Assembly (NCBI GenBank): GCA_000091205.1
Contig: AP006488.2
Source: Cyanidioschyzon merolae
Lineage: Eukaryota
DNA length: 64,000 nucleotides
Direction: 5' to 3' (one strand)
Position 1 is the stretch's first letter. Each line of letters begins with the position of its first letter. Positions 1 through 11,507 of this stretch are shown here, piece by piece. A program made the translations under genes and the position numbers. Below the pieces are notes generated by a model. It searched no databases and was not told the origin of the DNA. It was given only the letters and a program-made list of their open reading frames with translations.

Positions 1-7
1 CTTGGAA

Positions 8-850
8 AGTACGCTGTCTGCCGCTTGCACGAGCGCAACCTGTTCCATTCGATAAAATTCGTGGAACGCGATGGACTCCAGTGTGAAACAAATGCCAGAA
101 CGTAAAGTCAGATTGGAGAACAAGTCGAGAAATTTTGATCCGTCCTCGTTTGCTTCGTGGAAAGCGATGACGCGCGCTCCACCGGCATCGATCGCTGAAA
201 TGATTGCATGAACAGTCCAGGACTCTTTACCCGGCAAACAGAAGACACGAGAGCGTCTCATCGTATATCCCGTGAGAGGTATCATGCGGCTGTCGAATAC
301 CGTCACGTCGACAGCCACAAACAAATGAGGAGTTGTTTTCGTACAGTATCGATTATCTTGAGAGACGATGCCAGAGTGATTTCAACAAGAGCTTGCGACG
401 CAGTCACCCAGAAACAACGTCGAATGTGGCTCCTCGTCTATCCAGAAGCGCGAATCGCCGCACCCACGAGTTGCCGTGAAACACATAGATCGAAAACTTG
501 AAGTATGCTTGTTTCGAGCATGCCATTCGAAACGGCATGGAGGATCGTCGAGCCTTGATCAAGTGAACTTCACAATCATATCGGGTATGTTACGATCCAG
601 CGTTCACGATCGTCGCAAATGGTCTCGAATCCGGAGACGTAACGAATCCCAGCGACAAAGCGTCGAAGAAGCCAATACGAAAAAGCGACCTAACCTCCAT
701 ACACTACGTATGACGACTGTTGCTCTCACCAATGCACTGAAAAGGTCGAGCCTTTATATACGAAACAAAGTTCGAAAGAAAATCGCAACCCAGGAATCGT
801 CCATCGGTCAGTGCTCCCTTTCCATCGGACACGGGGAATGACTGACCGAA
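8..850 (+). repeat. Dispersed non-coding repeat family, copy A, near full length
   Basis: It aligns by eye with 39885-40700, 30100-30650, 44870-45560, 56900-57470 and 61400-62060. Shared blocks are agta(c/t)gctgtc...gtggaacgcgatg, gagaacaagtcgagaaatt, gagaggtatcatgc(g/t)gctg, gcgcgaatc(g/c)c...gttgcc(g/t)tga, gatatcgg and gcgtcgaagaagc. ORFs 208..501 and 476..841 inside it have no domain content. Confidence 0.6.
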
Positions 851-931
851 ATCCCGGTATCTCGAGCGCAACCGCTAGGATACCCCGGGGGTTTTCGTGG
901 CGGGACCAGTGGCGGCTCTGGATCGAAGCCG

Positions 932-1651
932 GTGGTATCCATGCTGGGAAACTCGGATACGCTGGAACCCGCACTTATCCTAACTTTCGAGCGGTTTGTC
1001 GCAGAAGTTGATCTGCTGGTGAAGAGCGAGGCTACGGTGCGTGTGGTAGCACGTCTGGGCCAAGTGTTGGCTGAACTCGGTCTCTTGGTACTAGAGTACC
1101 GACGGAAGCGGGTGTTGGCATATTTTAAGGGGCAACTTCCAAGCGACGTCTATATCGGGAGCTTGGTAGAGATTACTGGGCGCGTATACACCGTGTCTCG
1201 GAGGCGGCCTGGTGCCGAACACCAGCCGAATGGTGCAACTTTTCGGGGCGCTCGTGTGCCGGTATGGGTTTTCGACGAGCGCTTCGTCGGCCTTGGTGCA
1301 GGTCCTACGGGTACCTGGCTCTCAGACGGTGACGCGACCGACAGAAAGGGAGACGCTCCCACGAGCAAGGTCATTGTGGACGTGCTGACGTTGCGGACAA
1401 TGGCGGAGGGCTTCGATATCATGGCTTGGGAAGAGGTGCTTCGCGAACGCGAGTTCTATTTACGGGAGTATTTTGCGTGTCTGGCTGCTGCCGAAACACT
1501 CACGGATCAGACGGGAAAAGCGCCTCCGGTTCAGCAGCTCTATGAGGGAGCGGTCGCCGTTGAAGCCGCGCTGAGGACGGGTCCAGCAAAAGCCGCAGAC
1601 GGCACAGAGGAGGTCGCATGCAAGAGTCTCTCTCCAACAGCGAAGAACTAG
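932..1651 (+). CDS. Hypothetical protein (orphan ORF, 239 aa)
   Basis: Long ATG-initiated ORF with GC3-biased codons. I recognise no family motif. It abuts repeat copy A. Confidence 0.3.
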   Translation: MVSMLGNSDTLEPALILTFERFVAEVDLLVKSEATVRVVARLGQVLAELGLLVLEYRRKRVLAYFKGQLPSDVYIGSLVEITGRVYTVSRRRPGAEHQPNGATFRGARVPVWVFDERFVGLGAGPTGTWLSDGDATDRKGDAPTSKVIVDVLTLRTMAEGFDIMAWEEVLREREFYLREYFACLAAAETLTDQTGKAPPVQQLYEGAVAVEAALRTGPAKAADGTEEVACKSLSPTAKN

Positions 1652-2212
1652 AATGCACTTGGCAGCGTTGTATGCGGACGTCCATGTGGTGCATGAGGCC
1701 GACTGCGGTTCGCGTTGCTCCACGCGCACCTCGATGTGGAGCGAATGAAGCCTGTCGTTTGCTGCGCCCAATGCTGATCAACACACAGTGCGGGAAGCCA
1801 GCTGCAGTTCGTAGTACTCCACAAATCGCACGGGCATTGCCGTGATCAACTTGAGCATTCACCAGAGAGATGATGGAAACGCATCCATGTGGCATGGATG
1901 ACATGCAGCAGGGCTTGGAAAATTCCCCGCCAAACCGTACGCAGATCGTGGGTACTCGGCTATGTCGCTTGCGCAACCATACACGAAGCCACACATGTGC
2001 ACTCGGCGACATCCAAGATCACTGGTTCGTAAAAATACGAGCTGTGCTGTGCCATACCAGGGCAAGGACATTCCGCATCCTGCGAACGTCAGTCTAGCTT
2101 CCCGAAAAGCGCTGAGGCAGTCCCTGTAGTGCTCGTCAGGCACGAAGCAACCGTTGCGCAGCGCTTTGCGGGCACTAAACTCGCATCCAATCGTCGAAAC
2201 GCCTCCACGCTG

Positions 2213-3286
2213 CTAGGCAGTGCCGCCAACCTGTAAACCGAAACCAAACTTGTACTGCTGTTGCCAGTGGTCAATCTCCCCTGACAAAAGGAAACTCACC
2301 CCCGGACTCAGTTTCTCTTCCAGTAACGCGGCAACTTTTCCTAGCGAGGTCACCTGCCCTATCACAGTTGCAGATCGCAAATCAAACTTGTAGCCGGCCG
2401 TGACGTACGACTCCCGACTGCGAGTGTCCCAGAAGAGCTCCGCGGCTAGAGAGACTCGCGGATTCACTCGATGAACATATGAAGCTACCACGGGCCCGAA
2501 GCTGGCAACGGTTGCCGAGAATATCCCATCCGTTGTGAGGAACCTTGCAGCTGCCGTCAATGCACTGAACTTGTTCCGTAATTGGAAAAAGCCCTCACCA
2601 CCCATGGAAAACGAGGGAACAATACTCTGCATATAAGCTAGTGAGATCACACCACCTGTCCCTAGTTTGAGGTTTGCCGAGTAATCACTTCCCCGATAGT
2701 CCAAGTCGTACATGACAGTGGTGGTGGCACTCGTCGGCGGTGGCGGTTGTATCGCAGCTCCGCCAGTAGCCGCAGCCAACATAGCCGCAGCGGCTGCCGG
2801 ATCCTCCGCTGGTTGCCGACTCACTAAAAGCTTGGATATCAGACGTGGTGTATGGGTGTAGAAGAGACGTCCGTTGAACCGGCCGGTCATGTCCATCCGC
2901 GAAACCGCGATCAACGTATTCGTGATATAGTTCACAGAAAGCGCATAACCCGGCGTTGTTTGCGTGGAGCCCATCTCTATCGAGTGCCCGGTAGAAAGCG
3001 TGGGCGTCAGCGGAAGATTCATGTCAAAGCGGGTACCATCAAACAGGTTCGGCCGCAGCACGGTGTTCGCCTCTTGGTTGATCTCCTCGTAGGCGCCCGG
3101 GTTCGGTAACTCTGTTCGTTCGATTGCCCGCCACCACCAACTCGAAGATGTGTACGGGAGCGCATCCCGTAAACCGCTTGGCAACTCTTCACGCCGGATC
3201 GTCGTATCGCGACCCGGATACGAGTCCCGTGCGTGCGTCTCTTCACCAGCACCGGTGCCGGCGGTTGTTTTAAACGTGGACGCCAT
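2213..3286 (-). CDS. TOM40: Mitochondrial outer-membrane import channel TOM40 (beta-barrel porin superfamily)
   Basis: 357 aa starting at an ATG. The N-terminal NPGAYEEI motif resembles the conserved NPG(T/F)(F/Y)E of Tom40. Alternating hydrophobic beta-strand pattern throughout. The C-terminal GEIDH...YKFGFGLQVG matches the Tom40 C-terminal DH...KFGFGL signature. Confidence 0.75.
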   Translation of the reverse strand: MASTFKTTAGTGAGEETHARDSYPGRDTTIRREELPSGLRDALPYTSSSWWWRAIERTELPNPGAYEEINQEANTVLRPNLFDGTRFDMNLPLTPTLSTGHSIEMGSTQTTPGYALSVNYITNTLIAVSRMDMTGRFNGRLFYTHTPRLISKLLVSRQPAEDPAAAAAMLAAATGGAAIQPPPPTSATTTVMYDLDYRGSDYSANLKLGTGGVISLAYMQSIVPSFSMGGEGFFQLRNKFSALTAAARFLTTDGIFSATVASFGPVVASYVHRVNPRVSLAAELFWDTRSRESYVTAGYKFDLRSATVIGQVTSLGKVAALLEEKLSPGVSFLLSGEIDHWQQQYKFGFGLQVGGTA

Positions 3287-3460
3287 AGAGGAGGCCAGGC
3301 ACTGTGCGAGTTACGTCGGAGACCCCGAGCTTAGGCGGGTTACTACGTGTATAACAATCCCAGCTACGCTGTATCCTTTGCGTCCAGACACGAGTCAGCG
3401 GGTTGAAGGTCTCGAGTGCAGTGCACTGGCGAGAAAAGAGCCCGCTGCTGCTGTCGTCGT

Positions 3461-3462
<2 letters not shown>

Positions 3463-3492
<30 letters not shown>

Positions 3493-3547
3493 AACAAGTA
3501 GAGGCACATTGGAACAGCAGCAGCAGCAGCGGCGGCGGCGGCGGCGC
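3463..3547. repeat. Triplet microsatellites (CTG)n followed by (CAG)5(CGG)6
   Basis: Direct reading gives ctgctgctg... then cagcagcagcagcggcggcggcggcggc, immediately upstream of TOM40. Confidence 0.8.
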
Positions 3548-4709
3548 CCTGACGAATGGCGCGCCTACGCGACTTCTCAGCCTGCACCGGGCGAGGTTGC
3601 GCAGTTGCCTGGTGAATATATGCCTGTATCAAGAGTTGGGACTAGAAGGTGAAAGGTGGCGACACTGCTTCAGAGAAAACCGAGTATCGTATACGGTGTG
3701 CTAACGGGCAGTTTTTCGATGCTGCTGCGGTGTTTGATTGCTCCTGCAGCACCAAAGCATCGTTCAAATGCATCTCGAGTCTGGTGAGGATGCCGGGGGC
3801 ATTTTCATGACAATATGCGTTGGTATGGGATCATGAGCTGCCAGCTAGAAAGCAGATCCGCAGCGTGATACGACCTCCCGCTCGAATCAGAGCGTCCTGC
3901 ATTGGCATGCGAAACTTTGTCCGTCAGGGCGAGGTGTAGAGCGTGCGGCAGCTTTGTTTGCGAACAACGTCTGGCATCGTTACAAGTGAACAGCTTGTGA
4001 CAGGCACACACCGACGGGTATCGCAAGTCGCCTCCAGGGAGCCTACTTGCCGCACAAATATACATGCAGGCATGAACAGAGTCACCGCGAATCCCGATAC
4101 GCACACCAATGTGGGTGACGTGTCAACGCTTCGCGCTGGAGCGATGCACCAGACTTGCGGGAACACCAGAGAAACCGGTTATTTATGGACAAGGACATTA
4201 CACGCTGCACCAAAGACGAGCTCGGGGGCCTGCTCTAACCACCACACGCCAGCGATACTCCCGTGTTCATCGTATGCATGGGTGGAGGAAACGACGACGA
4301 CGACGACGACGCTCTCTCTGCTTGCGATCGAGTCGAGTACCCGTCGATATGATAGCCGTTCCCATTGGGCTTGAGCAAAAGTCGCTGCAGAACATCCTTA
4401 GCGCAGTTCGCTGCCCAAAAAGAACCAGTAAGGACTAGGCTCAATCTCGTGTACCTGAAATGAGGGAGTTTTGAGCATTCCCACGGCATCGTTCGAATCC
4501 AGCACATCCACGGCTGACGTATCCCGCTGTTGAGAGGCCAGGTTCATGGGGCAACGCTTGGCGCTCCATTGGGTACACTTTATAGACACTGGGGTCGCGT
4601 AACGCTTCATCGTGGCAAGAGAGTCGCGAGAGAGGGAGCGCTTCTCAAAAGCGCCGTGAACTGGAACCAGCCCCCGCAAGATAGTCCAGTGTTACCGAAC
4701 TAGTGGACA

Positions 4710-5501
4710 GTGTCTCCAGCGATGCCCGGTTCCGAGGCGCGGAACCTCGCCGGACCCCCACACTCGTCGGGGCCCGAAACCCAGGTGCCCGTTGGTGCAC
4801 CAGCAAACGAGGACTCCCCCGAGCGCCACCAGGAGCCTGTCTTGAACGCCACCCAAGCAGCAGGCATTTCGTTCGGTGTGTTTGCGACGACTACGCTGAC
4901 GAGCGGGTATCTCGTTTACAGACTACGACGGCGGGAGCTGGCGTCGAGCCCAGAGTCGTCTTCGGGGCTCCAGCCGCTACCGAAAACCGTAGACGCTTGG
5001 ACCGAGCGCGGTACGTTGGTTGGCGATACCGCAGCAGTCCAAGCGGCAGCTGTACGGACAGCGTCACTTGCGCTCCTAAGCGGCACTTTGTTATGTGCGT
5101 CTTTCGGCTACATCGGTTGGCGGTTGCTGCTCTGGTACACAGGCACCAACGACCTGGAAAACTTCGCTACAGCGCTGAAGCAACCAAACAGCATGCCAAA
5201 GCGCTTGCGACGCAGCCTTGAAGAGGGGTCTCTCGGGCGTTCGCTGCGGAACTGGTATGCATCGATGACGACGGAGACTTTCGAGGATGCTGGGCGTTCA
5301 GGGATCCGGAGCATCGAACCAGCGGCGACTGGTGCTGTGGATACCGGGACGATGACCTGGCTTCAGAGGGTTGCGAACAGGGCACGTCGCTCAGGCCTCA
5401 TTCTATGGTTCCAGAAGCGAATGCACGGACCGTCGACCGAGGCGAACGGACATTCGCGTCCACCCAGAGAGACGTCTCCTTCGAACCCGACGTCTCCATG
5501 A
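4710..5501 (+). CDS. Hypothetical small membrane protein (263 aa, two predicted TM helices)
   Basis: ORF with two hydrophobic stretches, ISFGVFATTTLTSGYLVY and LALLSGTLLCASFGYIGWRLLLWY. No recognisable family. Confidence 0.3.
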   Translation: MSPAMPGSEARNLAGPPHSSGPETQVPVGAPANEDSPERHQEPVLNATQAAGISFGVFATTTLTSGYLVYRLRRRELASSPESSSGLQPLPKTVDAWTERGTLVGDTAAVQAAAVRTASLALLSGTLLCASFGYIGWRLLLWYTGTNDLENFATALKQPNSMPKRLRRSLEEGSLGRSLRNWYASMTTETFEDAGRSGIRSIEPAATGAVDTGTMTWLQRVANRARRSGLILWFQKRMHGPSTEANGHSRPPRETSPSNPTSP

Positions 5502-6399
5502 CGCCACTTTGATGTGCAAGCATGCGGAAACGGACGCCCCGCGGCCTTTGAGGTACGCTCCGGACGGTGGTATGCACCTCTCGGACGAGTGCAGATCGCC
5601 AATTCGAGCTGTTCATGCAGCGGGTCTCTCGATCCGGGGCTCTCTCATGGATATGCTCCATCTACAGCGTCATGGGCGATGGATATGTAATGGAATGTTC
5701 GTTTCATGCGAATATTCAACCGGCCTGCAATGACGATACCCGGGGGAATCATGTTGGTGTACAGAGCGCGCTGCTTGTGCCAAAGACAAACTGTCGTTAC
5801 GAATAGGCTATGATGTCGTGGCAAGGCAGCGCCTATGAGCGTTATGGACGCTCACCTATCTGCTAGCTCGCGTGCAGCTTGGCCAGCTTCCCCGGGGGGT
5901 ACCTTCGCTCATTTGCATTCGAGAGCGAGGATTTTTGCTTTAGGGCTCGCGTGACTGACATACGATGCCCACCAATCAACGGATATCGGCGTCTGGTAGA
6001 CACCGGCAGATGCAGTCGGCACCAGGTTGCAGATGCTGCAGCGCCGAGGCGCCACGGAGCATCGACCTGCAGCTGCCCTTGGTGTACGCAGTGAGGAGCA
6101 GCGACACCTATGCTGGACGCACCGAAGATGTGTCCGCGACGATACGGCACATGGGTATGCACTCAGAGACGCCTCACAGCCTTTTTTTGACAGGGCGCTT
6201 GCTATCGGTTTCGACTTCTCCTTGTATTCGTCGACCGTGGGAGATTGCTCCACAATGCTAGATCTCGTCAACTCCGGAGGTCTCGTCTTCAGCACCGCAC
6301 ATCGTCTCATATTGATGGCGGCGTGAAAGTCTCGGTTCGCGGAGTCCGTGTGTTTCCTGCCGCCGCTGGTTGAACTCACAAGAGCGAGTCGTCCTCGAA

Positions 6400-8450
6400 C
6401 TTTCGCCCTCGTTTACATTTCCTATTATATCAGAGCTCCGTACTTTTCTGTATCCTCAGGGCTCGGCTGGCACTTTTCCAACTCGACCCTCTGAATTGCA
6501 CATCCCAGCTCATGTTGCATGTGTGACGTTCGAAACGCATCTATCGCTATTGTGACGAAACAGTGTGCGCACTCTTTGTGCGCACTTGTCGACGGAGCAG
6601 GTATGCTTTCTTTTCCGGGTACCCAGCGCCCTGCTCCATACGCTACTACGAGTCTTTGACTCTTGACTTCCTCGAGGGCACTCAACGGAATGATAAAGTT
6701 GGCAAAGGCACGCTGCTTCCCACAGAGCAGATTCACACGCAGACGAGCCCACCGTGGCTTTGTATATTCTTTCCACAGCGCCTCGTCATGACCAACACGA
6801 ACTTGCATGAATTCCAGAAAAGCTTCCAAGTCCGCTCCGCGGCTCGATGCCTGGCTGATCGCTTCCAAATGCTCCTTCACTCCTGTACTCCACTTCTCAA
6901 TTTTCTTCCTTGCATTCATTATCCCTGACTCTCGCTAATATCTCGCTCGTGAGAATCTCAGAATACGTATGTCTTTTTGGCGCAAGTTGCCGTCGATACC
7001 ATCTTCTACATGCTTGGGTGCTGCGATGGTCATGATAATCATGTTCCCGGGGACCGCGCCGACGATAAAGTTGTTCTGCTGCACATCCGGGGTCGCAGGG
7101 CCCGCCTCCTTGTCTTCTTCGTGTTACGTCAAGGGCGAAGCCGAGGACAGAACAGGACGATCCGCCTTCGAGCGCCGATAGTCGACAAATATGGCTTCTC
7201 CATCAGTTTCGATCATCCCAGTGAATATCTTTTGCTTGCTCGCTTTGAGACGCTCGAAATCGAAGGTATTCTTCCAGTGCGTCTCCCGGATTTCACGGGT
7301 GAACTCCTTCTTGCTTACATCGAACTCCGGACAGATCTCCTTCATGACGCCGTAAAGGACTCTGGGATCGATTGTCACGAAGGGTGACTTGATGTTGCAT
7401 AATGGAACAACATTGGAGCACTGTTCCGGTAGGGAACCCTTCCGTTTCAACTACTCTTCATTTGCTTCCGCCAAGCAGCTCCTGTTCGGCCATGCGTTCG
7501 AGTTCTCGGTCCAAAAACACGAAATAGTGCAGGATGAGGGGATACCATCTTTTCCATCTTTTTTTTCGAATCTGATATGTTTTATGCTGGGTTGACAAGC
7601 CCCAGCACCGCAGGGTGCTTTCGAATCGCCGCATGGATCACAGAAGCTTCATTCTTTCTCGCGTGTGATGTCTTCTTGTCGACGAATTCGATCTCCTGTT
7701 CATGCTGGCGATTGTTCGTGATGCCGTCGATGACGGCCCATGTCCTCTTTGCGAGAGAGGCCCGGGTACAGCGCAGAGATAGAGCATATCATGAAGCTTT
7801 TGAGGCTCACGATCCTATGATTCTTCATGTTCGTGAGGCATTTGATTGCCCCGTAAGTATCAATATCAGTGCCACCCTGTATCTAGAACCGTTGAAGCAG
7901 CATTGGGGGTGATTTTCGTGGATGGCGTGCACTCGCTCATTTCTCCTCGGCGTTTCCCCTGTGCCAAGCATCAGGCAAGGAATAAGTGTCTAGTTGAAAA
8001 ATTCCTCCCGAATCTCGACTGTTTCCATGTGCATTATGTCGTTATACATCTCCCTCGCCATATGCATTAGTCCTAGAGAAGCGTGACAAGCACTCTTGGA
8101 GTGGGACGCGACACGGTTTCTGACTGCCTCTCGCAACTTTAGCTCATACGCATCCTTGATATGTCCAAGAAGACGGGCTTTCACCAATATCTCGCGGTAC
8201 TATCGTCTTAATTGCAGCGCTTCATTCAGGGCCTGCCTCTTTTGCTCCTTCGTCTTCTCATGCTCCTCTTTGCTTGGCACTGTTTTCCGTTTTTTTTTCC
8301 GACAGCCGGCGACATCTGCCCACTAGGACCCTCCACTACGTTTTCCGTAACACTCCTTTTTTCGTTTGAAAACGAATCCGCTTTGAACACGTCTGCTATA
8401 AACTGTGAAAAAGCACTTGAAGACCCTAATCTGAGTATGGAACGCCATTG
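6400..8450. other. AT-rich island with degenerate minus-strand ORF fragments; possible mobile-element or foreign-DNA relic
   Basis: Base composition drops sharply (runs such as ttttttttcgaatctgatatgttttatg) in an otherwise GC-rich context. Broken minus-strand ORFs 7990..8187, 7124..7450 and 6425..6919 require frameshifts to join. There is no host-gene motif. Confidence 0.35.
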
Positions 8451-9512
8451 AATTAAAAGACGATGCTACGACTTTAGCAGCGTTACATCTTGTCCGTCAG
8501 AGCAAAACGCTAACGGTCAGGATTGCGTTTCCGGTCAACTTCGAGATACGCGCCGTATCTCATGCTTGCCAGATACGGAGGTGCGCGTATCGAACGCGCT
8601 TTATCGAAAAAATAACAGATAGCAACCACTTACTAGCCAATTGGTAACATTTTCTTTCCCGCTTTACGGTAAACTCTGAACGCGGAAAACGTTTGCAGAA
8701 CTTCGGGTGTTTACCTCCCAGGAGGAAGGTCCCGCAAACCGGACGAGTCTCCCAGGCTGGTTCTTCATGATCCGTAGGGGCGGGTGCAGTCGCGCGACCC
8801 GAGCAACTCGTCCGCGCTGCAGTTTATCCTGGATTAGGAGCGGGTATGCTGCGTTTGGACGTCACCCTGGACGCGGTGGACGCCCAGTGCATCACGTTGC
8901 GCTGCGGCAATCTGTAGGTCTGTCTGCGCAGCCTGCATGCTCCCAGCATGATAATGAATCTCGACCCCGTATCGCGCAAACTACACCTCAAGCTGATGCC
9001 GTCATCGATATGGCAAAGCGATTCTGTCTCCGTGATGCGTCTGCTCAAATGGTTTAGGTGCGCTTGCTGGAGCTCAAAGCAGGTACTCAGAGCTCGATGA
9101 AACGTACAAAATAACCAGTGCATTCGAGAACAAGTCATGGAACTTGAAGGTAAGGTGCAGCAGCATGATGGACGCTTTCCCGGATACCAATATCCATCCA
9201 ACCATTCCATGATCCCGCGATCTGAGATCCAAGGTCTCAGCAAACGGTTTGTCATCGACGCTGGCCGCCAGCGCACCCTTTACGCGGTATGCGTCATCTA
9301 GGCTCATATTGGACTATATTTGTATAAAAAGGAAAATAACGAACTCTATTTCCCGAACTGCAGCGATCGTCGTACAATGCAATGCAGGCAGCGCCTTCGT
9401 CACAGCGTCTGCTCCAACTTCTCCCTCGCTGCCAGAAGTTGTGCACTTGTCCCATCTGCCCAGTCCTGTGCGCCACGTTGCATAGCTCGGGGCTTGAGTT
9501 GCCCTGAACAGC

Positions 9513-10499
9513 ATGAGCACCGGTTTACGACACTGTATCCGGGCTGTCGGGCGACTCGTGCGGACGCTCTGTACGCAGGCGGAAACTGCTGCTCGCAGTT
9601 CGGGGCCACACGTGCCGCCTCTGCGGCTGCGGCTGCCGCCGCCGAACACTGAGCCAGTGGCCGAACTGTATGGACGCTTCGTTCGACGCATCGGTGTCGT
9701 TGCGCGAAAGATCGGCATGCTACCACACTGGGACGCAAACGGTGTCTACCGTTGTGTGACGGTCCTGCACATCGATAACAACCACGTGATCCAGGTTAAA
9801 CAGCTACCGAGCAACGCGTCGAATCTGAAAGGACTCTCCGAATGGAGCGTTCAAATCGGAGCGGGATCTATGCGACCCTACCAGGCCAAAAAGCCGCATC
9901 GTTATCACTGCGCCTACGCCGGGACCGACGTCAAGGAGAAGCTGGTGGAGTTTCGGGTCGCTCCCGCTGCTGCCGCCTGCATCGAGCCGGGGACGCCCAT
10001 CACTGCGCGTCACTTTATCCCTGGCCAGTACCTGGATGTGATCGGTACGAGCATTGGCAAAGGATTTCAAGGTGCGATGAAACGCCACGGATTCGGAGGA
10101 TTACCTGCATCCCATGGCGTTTCGCTTACGCACCGCTCGCTCGGTGCGACAGGGCAACGTCAGGACCCTGGTCGAGTCTTTAAAGGCAAGCGCATGCCTG
10201 GTCGCATGGGCGGGGAGCGAACCACCGTCCAGAGTCTACGACTGGAACGCGTCGACTGCAAACGAAACTTGCTCTTCGTTTCGGGGCCGGTTCCTGGTCA
10301 TACAGGCAACTGGGTGCTGGTTCGTGATGCAGTCAAAAAAAGTGGTCTCAAGTGGTGGGCAGAGCTCCCGCACTTGCCTCCTTTTCCGACTTTTGTTGCC
10401 GATCCACAGCAGCAGGTCGAGCATGAAGCACCCGCTGATTGGTTTGCAGCACCCCGCCGCAATGTCTGGTTACAGGAGGTGCTCTCGGCCCGAGCTTAG
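9513..10499 (+). CDS. MRPL3: Mitochondrial ribosomal protein uL3 (L3)
   Basis: ATG start. Arg/Ser-rich N-terminal presequence (MSTGLRHCIRAVGRLVRTL...). Universal uL3 signature FIPGQYLDVIGTSIGKGFQGAMKRHGFGG. Confidence 0.85.
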   Translation: MSTGLRHCIRAVGRLVRTLCTQAETAARSSGPHVPPLRLRLPPPNTEPVAELYGRFVRRIGVVARKIGMLPHWDANGVYRCVTVLHIDNNHVIQVKQLPSNASNLKGLSEWSVQIGAGSMRPYQAKKPHRYHCAYAGTDVKEKLVEFRVAPAAAACIEPGTPITARHFIPGQYLDVIGTSIGKGFQGAMKRHGFGGLPASHGVSLTHRSLGATGQRQDPGRVFKGKRMPGRMGGERTTVQSLRLERVDCKRNLLFVSGPVPGHTGNWVLVRDAVKKSGLKWWAELPHLPPFPTFVADPQQQVEHEAPADWFAAPRRNVWLQEVLSARA

Positions 10500-10550
10500 T
10501 GAATCTTCTAGATCCATGTGGGAAAAAATGGAACCGGTGGCCTTACTCGG

Positions 10551-10568
10551 GCACACACACACACACAC
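10551..10568. repeat. (CA)n dinucleotide microsatellite
   Basis: cacacacacacacacac read directly, just 3' of the uL3 gene. Confidence 0.8.
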
Positions 10569-11507
10569 TAAAGTTTGCGCCTGCACTCATTGTCTTCATG
10601 AATACCAGCCTTGGCGGGCATTGTCTGCCACTGCATTCTGTTGCGCTCTCGCTCTACATCAGGAACGGAGGGCAATGGAGACATCTGCTTATCAGTTGGA
10701 TGGTGGTAGCGGTTGTTTTTCGAACCGCGTGTTCGAGGGCACCTCGGAATCTCTCACTTCCCGTGACGTAACGAAATCTAGCGACAACGAGCCCAAATAG
10801 CCGCTCCAAAAAGTTGACCCAGAAGCCTCTAACGATAGATGGATGCGTAAGTCTTTATTTCAGCATTTCGAACATGGAGGCTGTACATCGGAGAAACTCA
10901 AAAAAAAAGACGAAAAGCAGAAACAGAGCCACTAGTTCAGCGTTCCATTTTAATCTGAAACAGTTCCAGAACCGGTTCATGACGGGAAATTTCGTGGATA
11001 ACGCCAGCTTCTATGCGAGAGCATAGGCGCGCGAGATGTCTGGCTTGCAAAAGCGGCGCTGTGATTACGGAACACCGCGCCTTGGGTATCGTCCGGCAAC
11101 GAGGCAATGTCAGTGTACGGATGTACCGCAGAGGCTCCCAGCTCAGGACGTTCTCGGGCGAAAAAATAATGTGCTGTGCTGTGCTGTGCAGTGCTGGGGA
11201 CGCATCTTGGGACGTGCATCCAGCTGTCGCCCTCGGTAGGTCGAGACAAGTTGCGCTCTGCTCGGGTGTATCCGCAGCGAAGCCGAACGTTCCAGGCAAT
11301 CTGTTTGATACATCGCCGCTGGCGATGTGCAGCCGCTCGCACGCGACCGCAGCCAGGCATGGTGCGCTATCCCCGCGCACCAGGCGCGTTGTCGTCAGCG
11401 GTCCAGATGCGGTGCCGTTTGGGCCGATGCCTCTACCCGAAGCCAGTGGCCAGCACCGGAAGCGTCACTGGTCTCCAGGCCGCGACCCTAACGCAACAAC
11501 GATCCGC

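Noticed and set aside
208-841. ORFs inside repeat copies (208..501, 476..841, 40381..40650, 56273..56458/60758..60943, 56583..57071/61068..61556) as genes, possibly element-encoded proteins
   Set aside because: Their similarity between copies reflects DNA-level repeat homology. They contain no domains, are Arg/Ser/Cys-rich in a way typical of GC-rich noise, and overlap each other on both strands.
7990-8187. Possible tyrosine-recombinase box II (RLLGHIKDAY) in a minus-strand ORF fragment of the AT-rich island
   Set aside because: It is a single short motif with atypical His-to-Tyr spacing. No R-K-HxxR boxes could be found in the adjoining frames. It is too weak to call a Crypton/DIRS recombinase.
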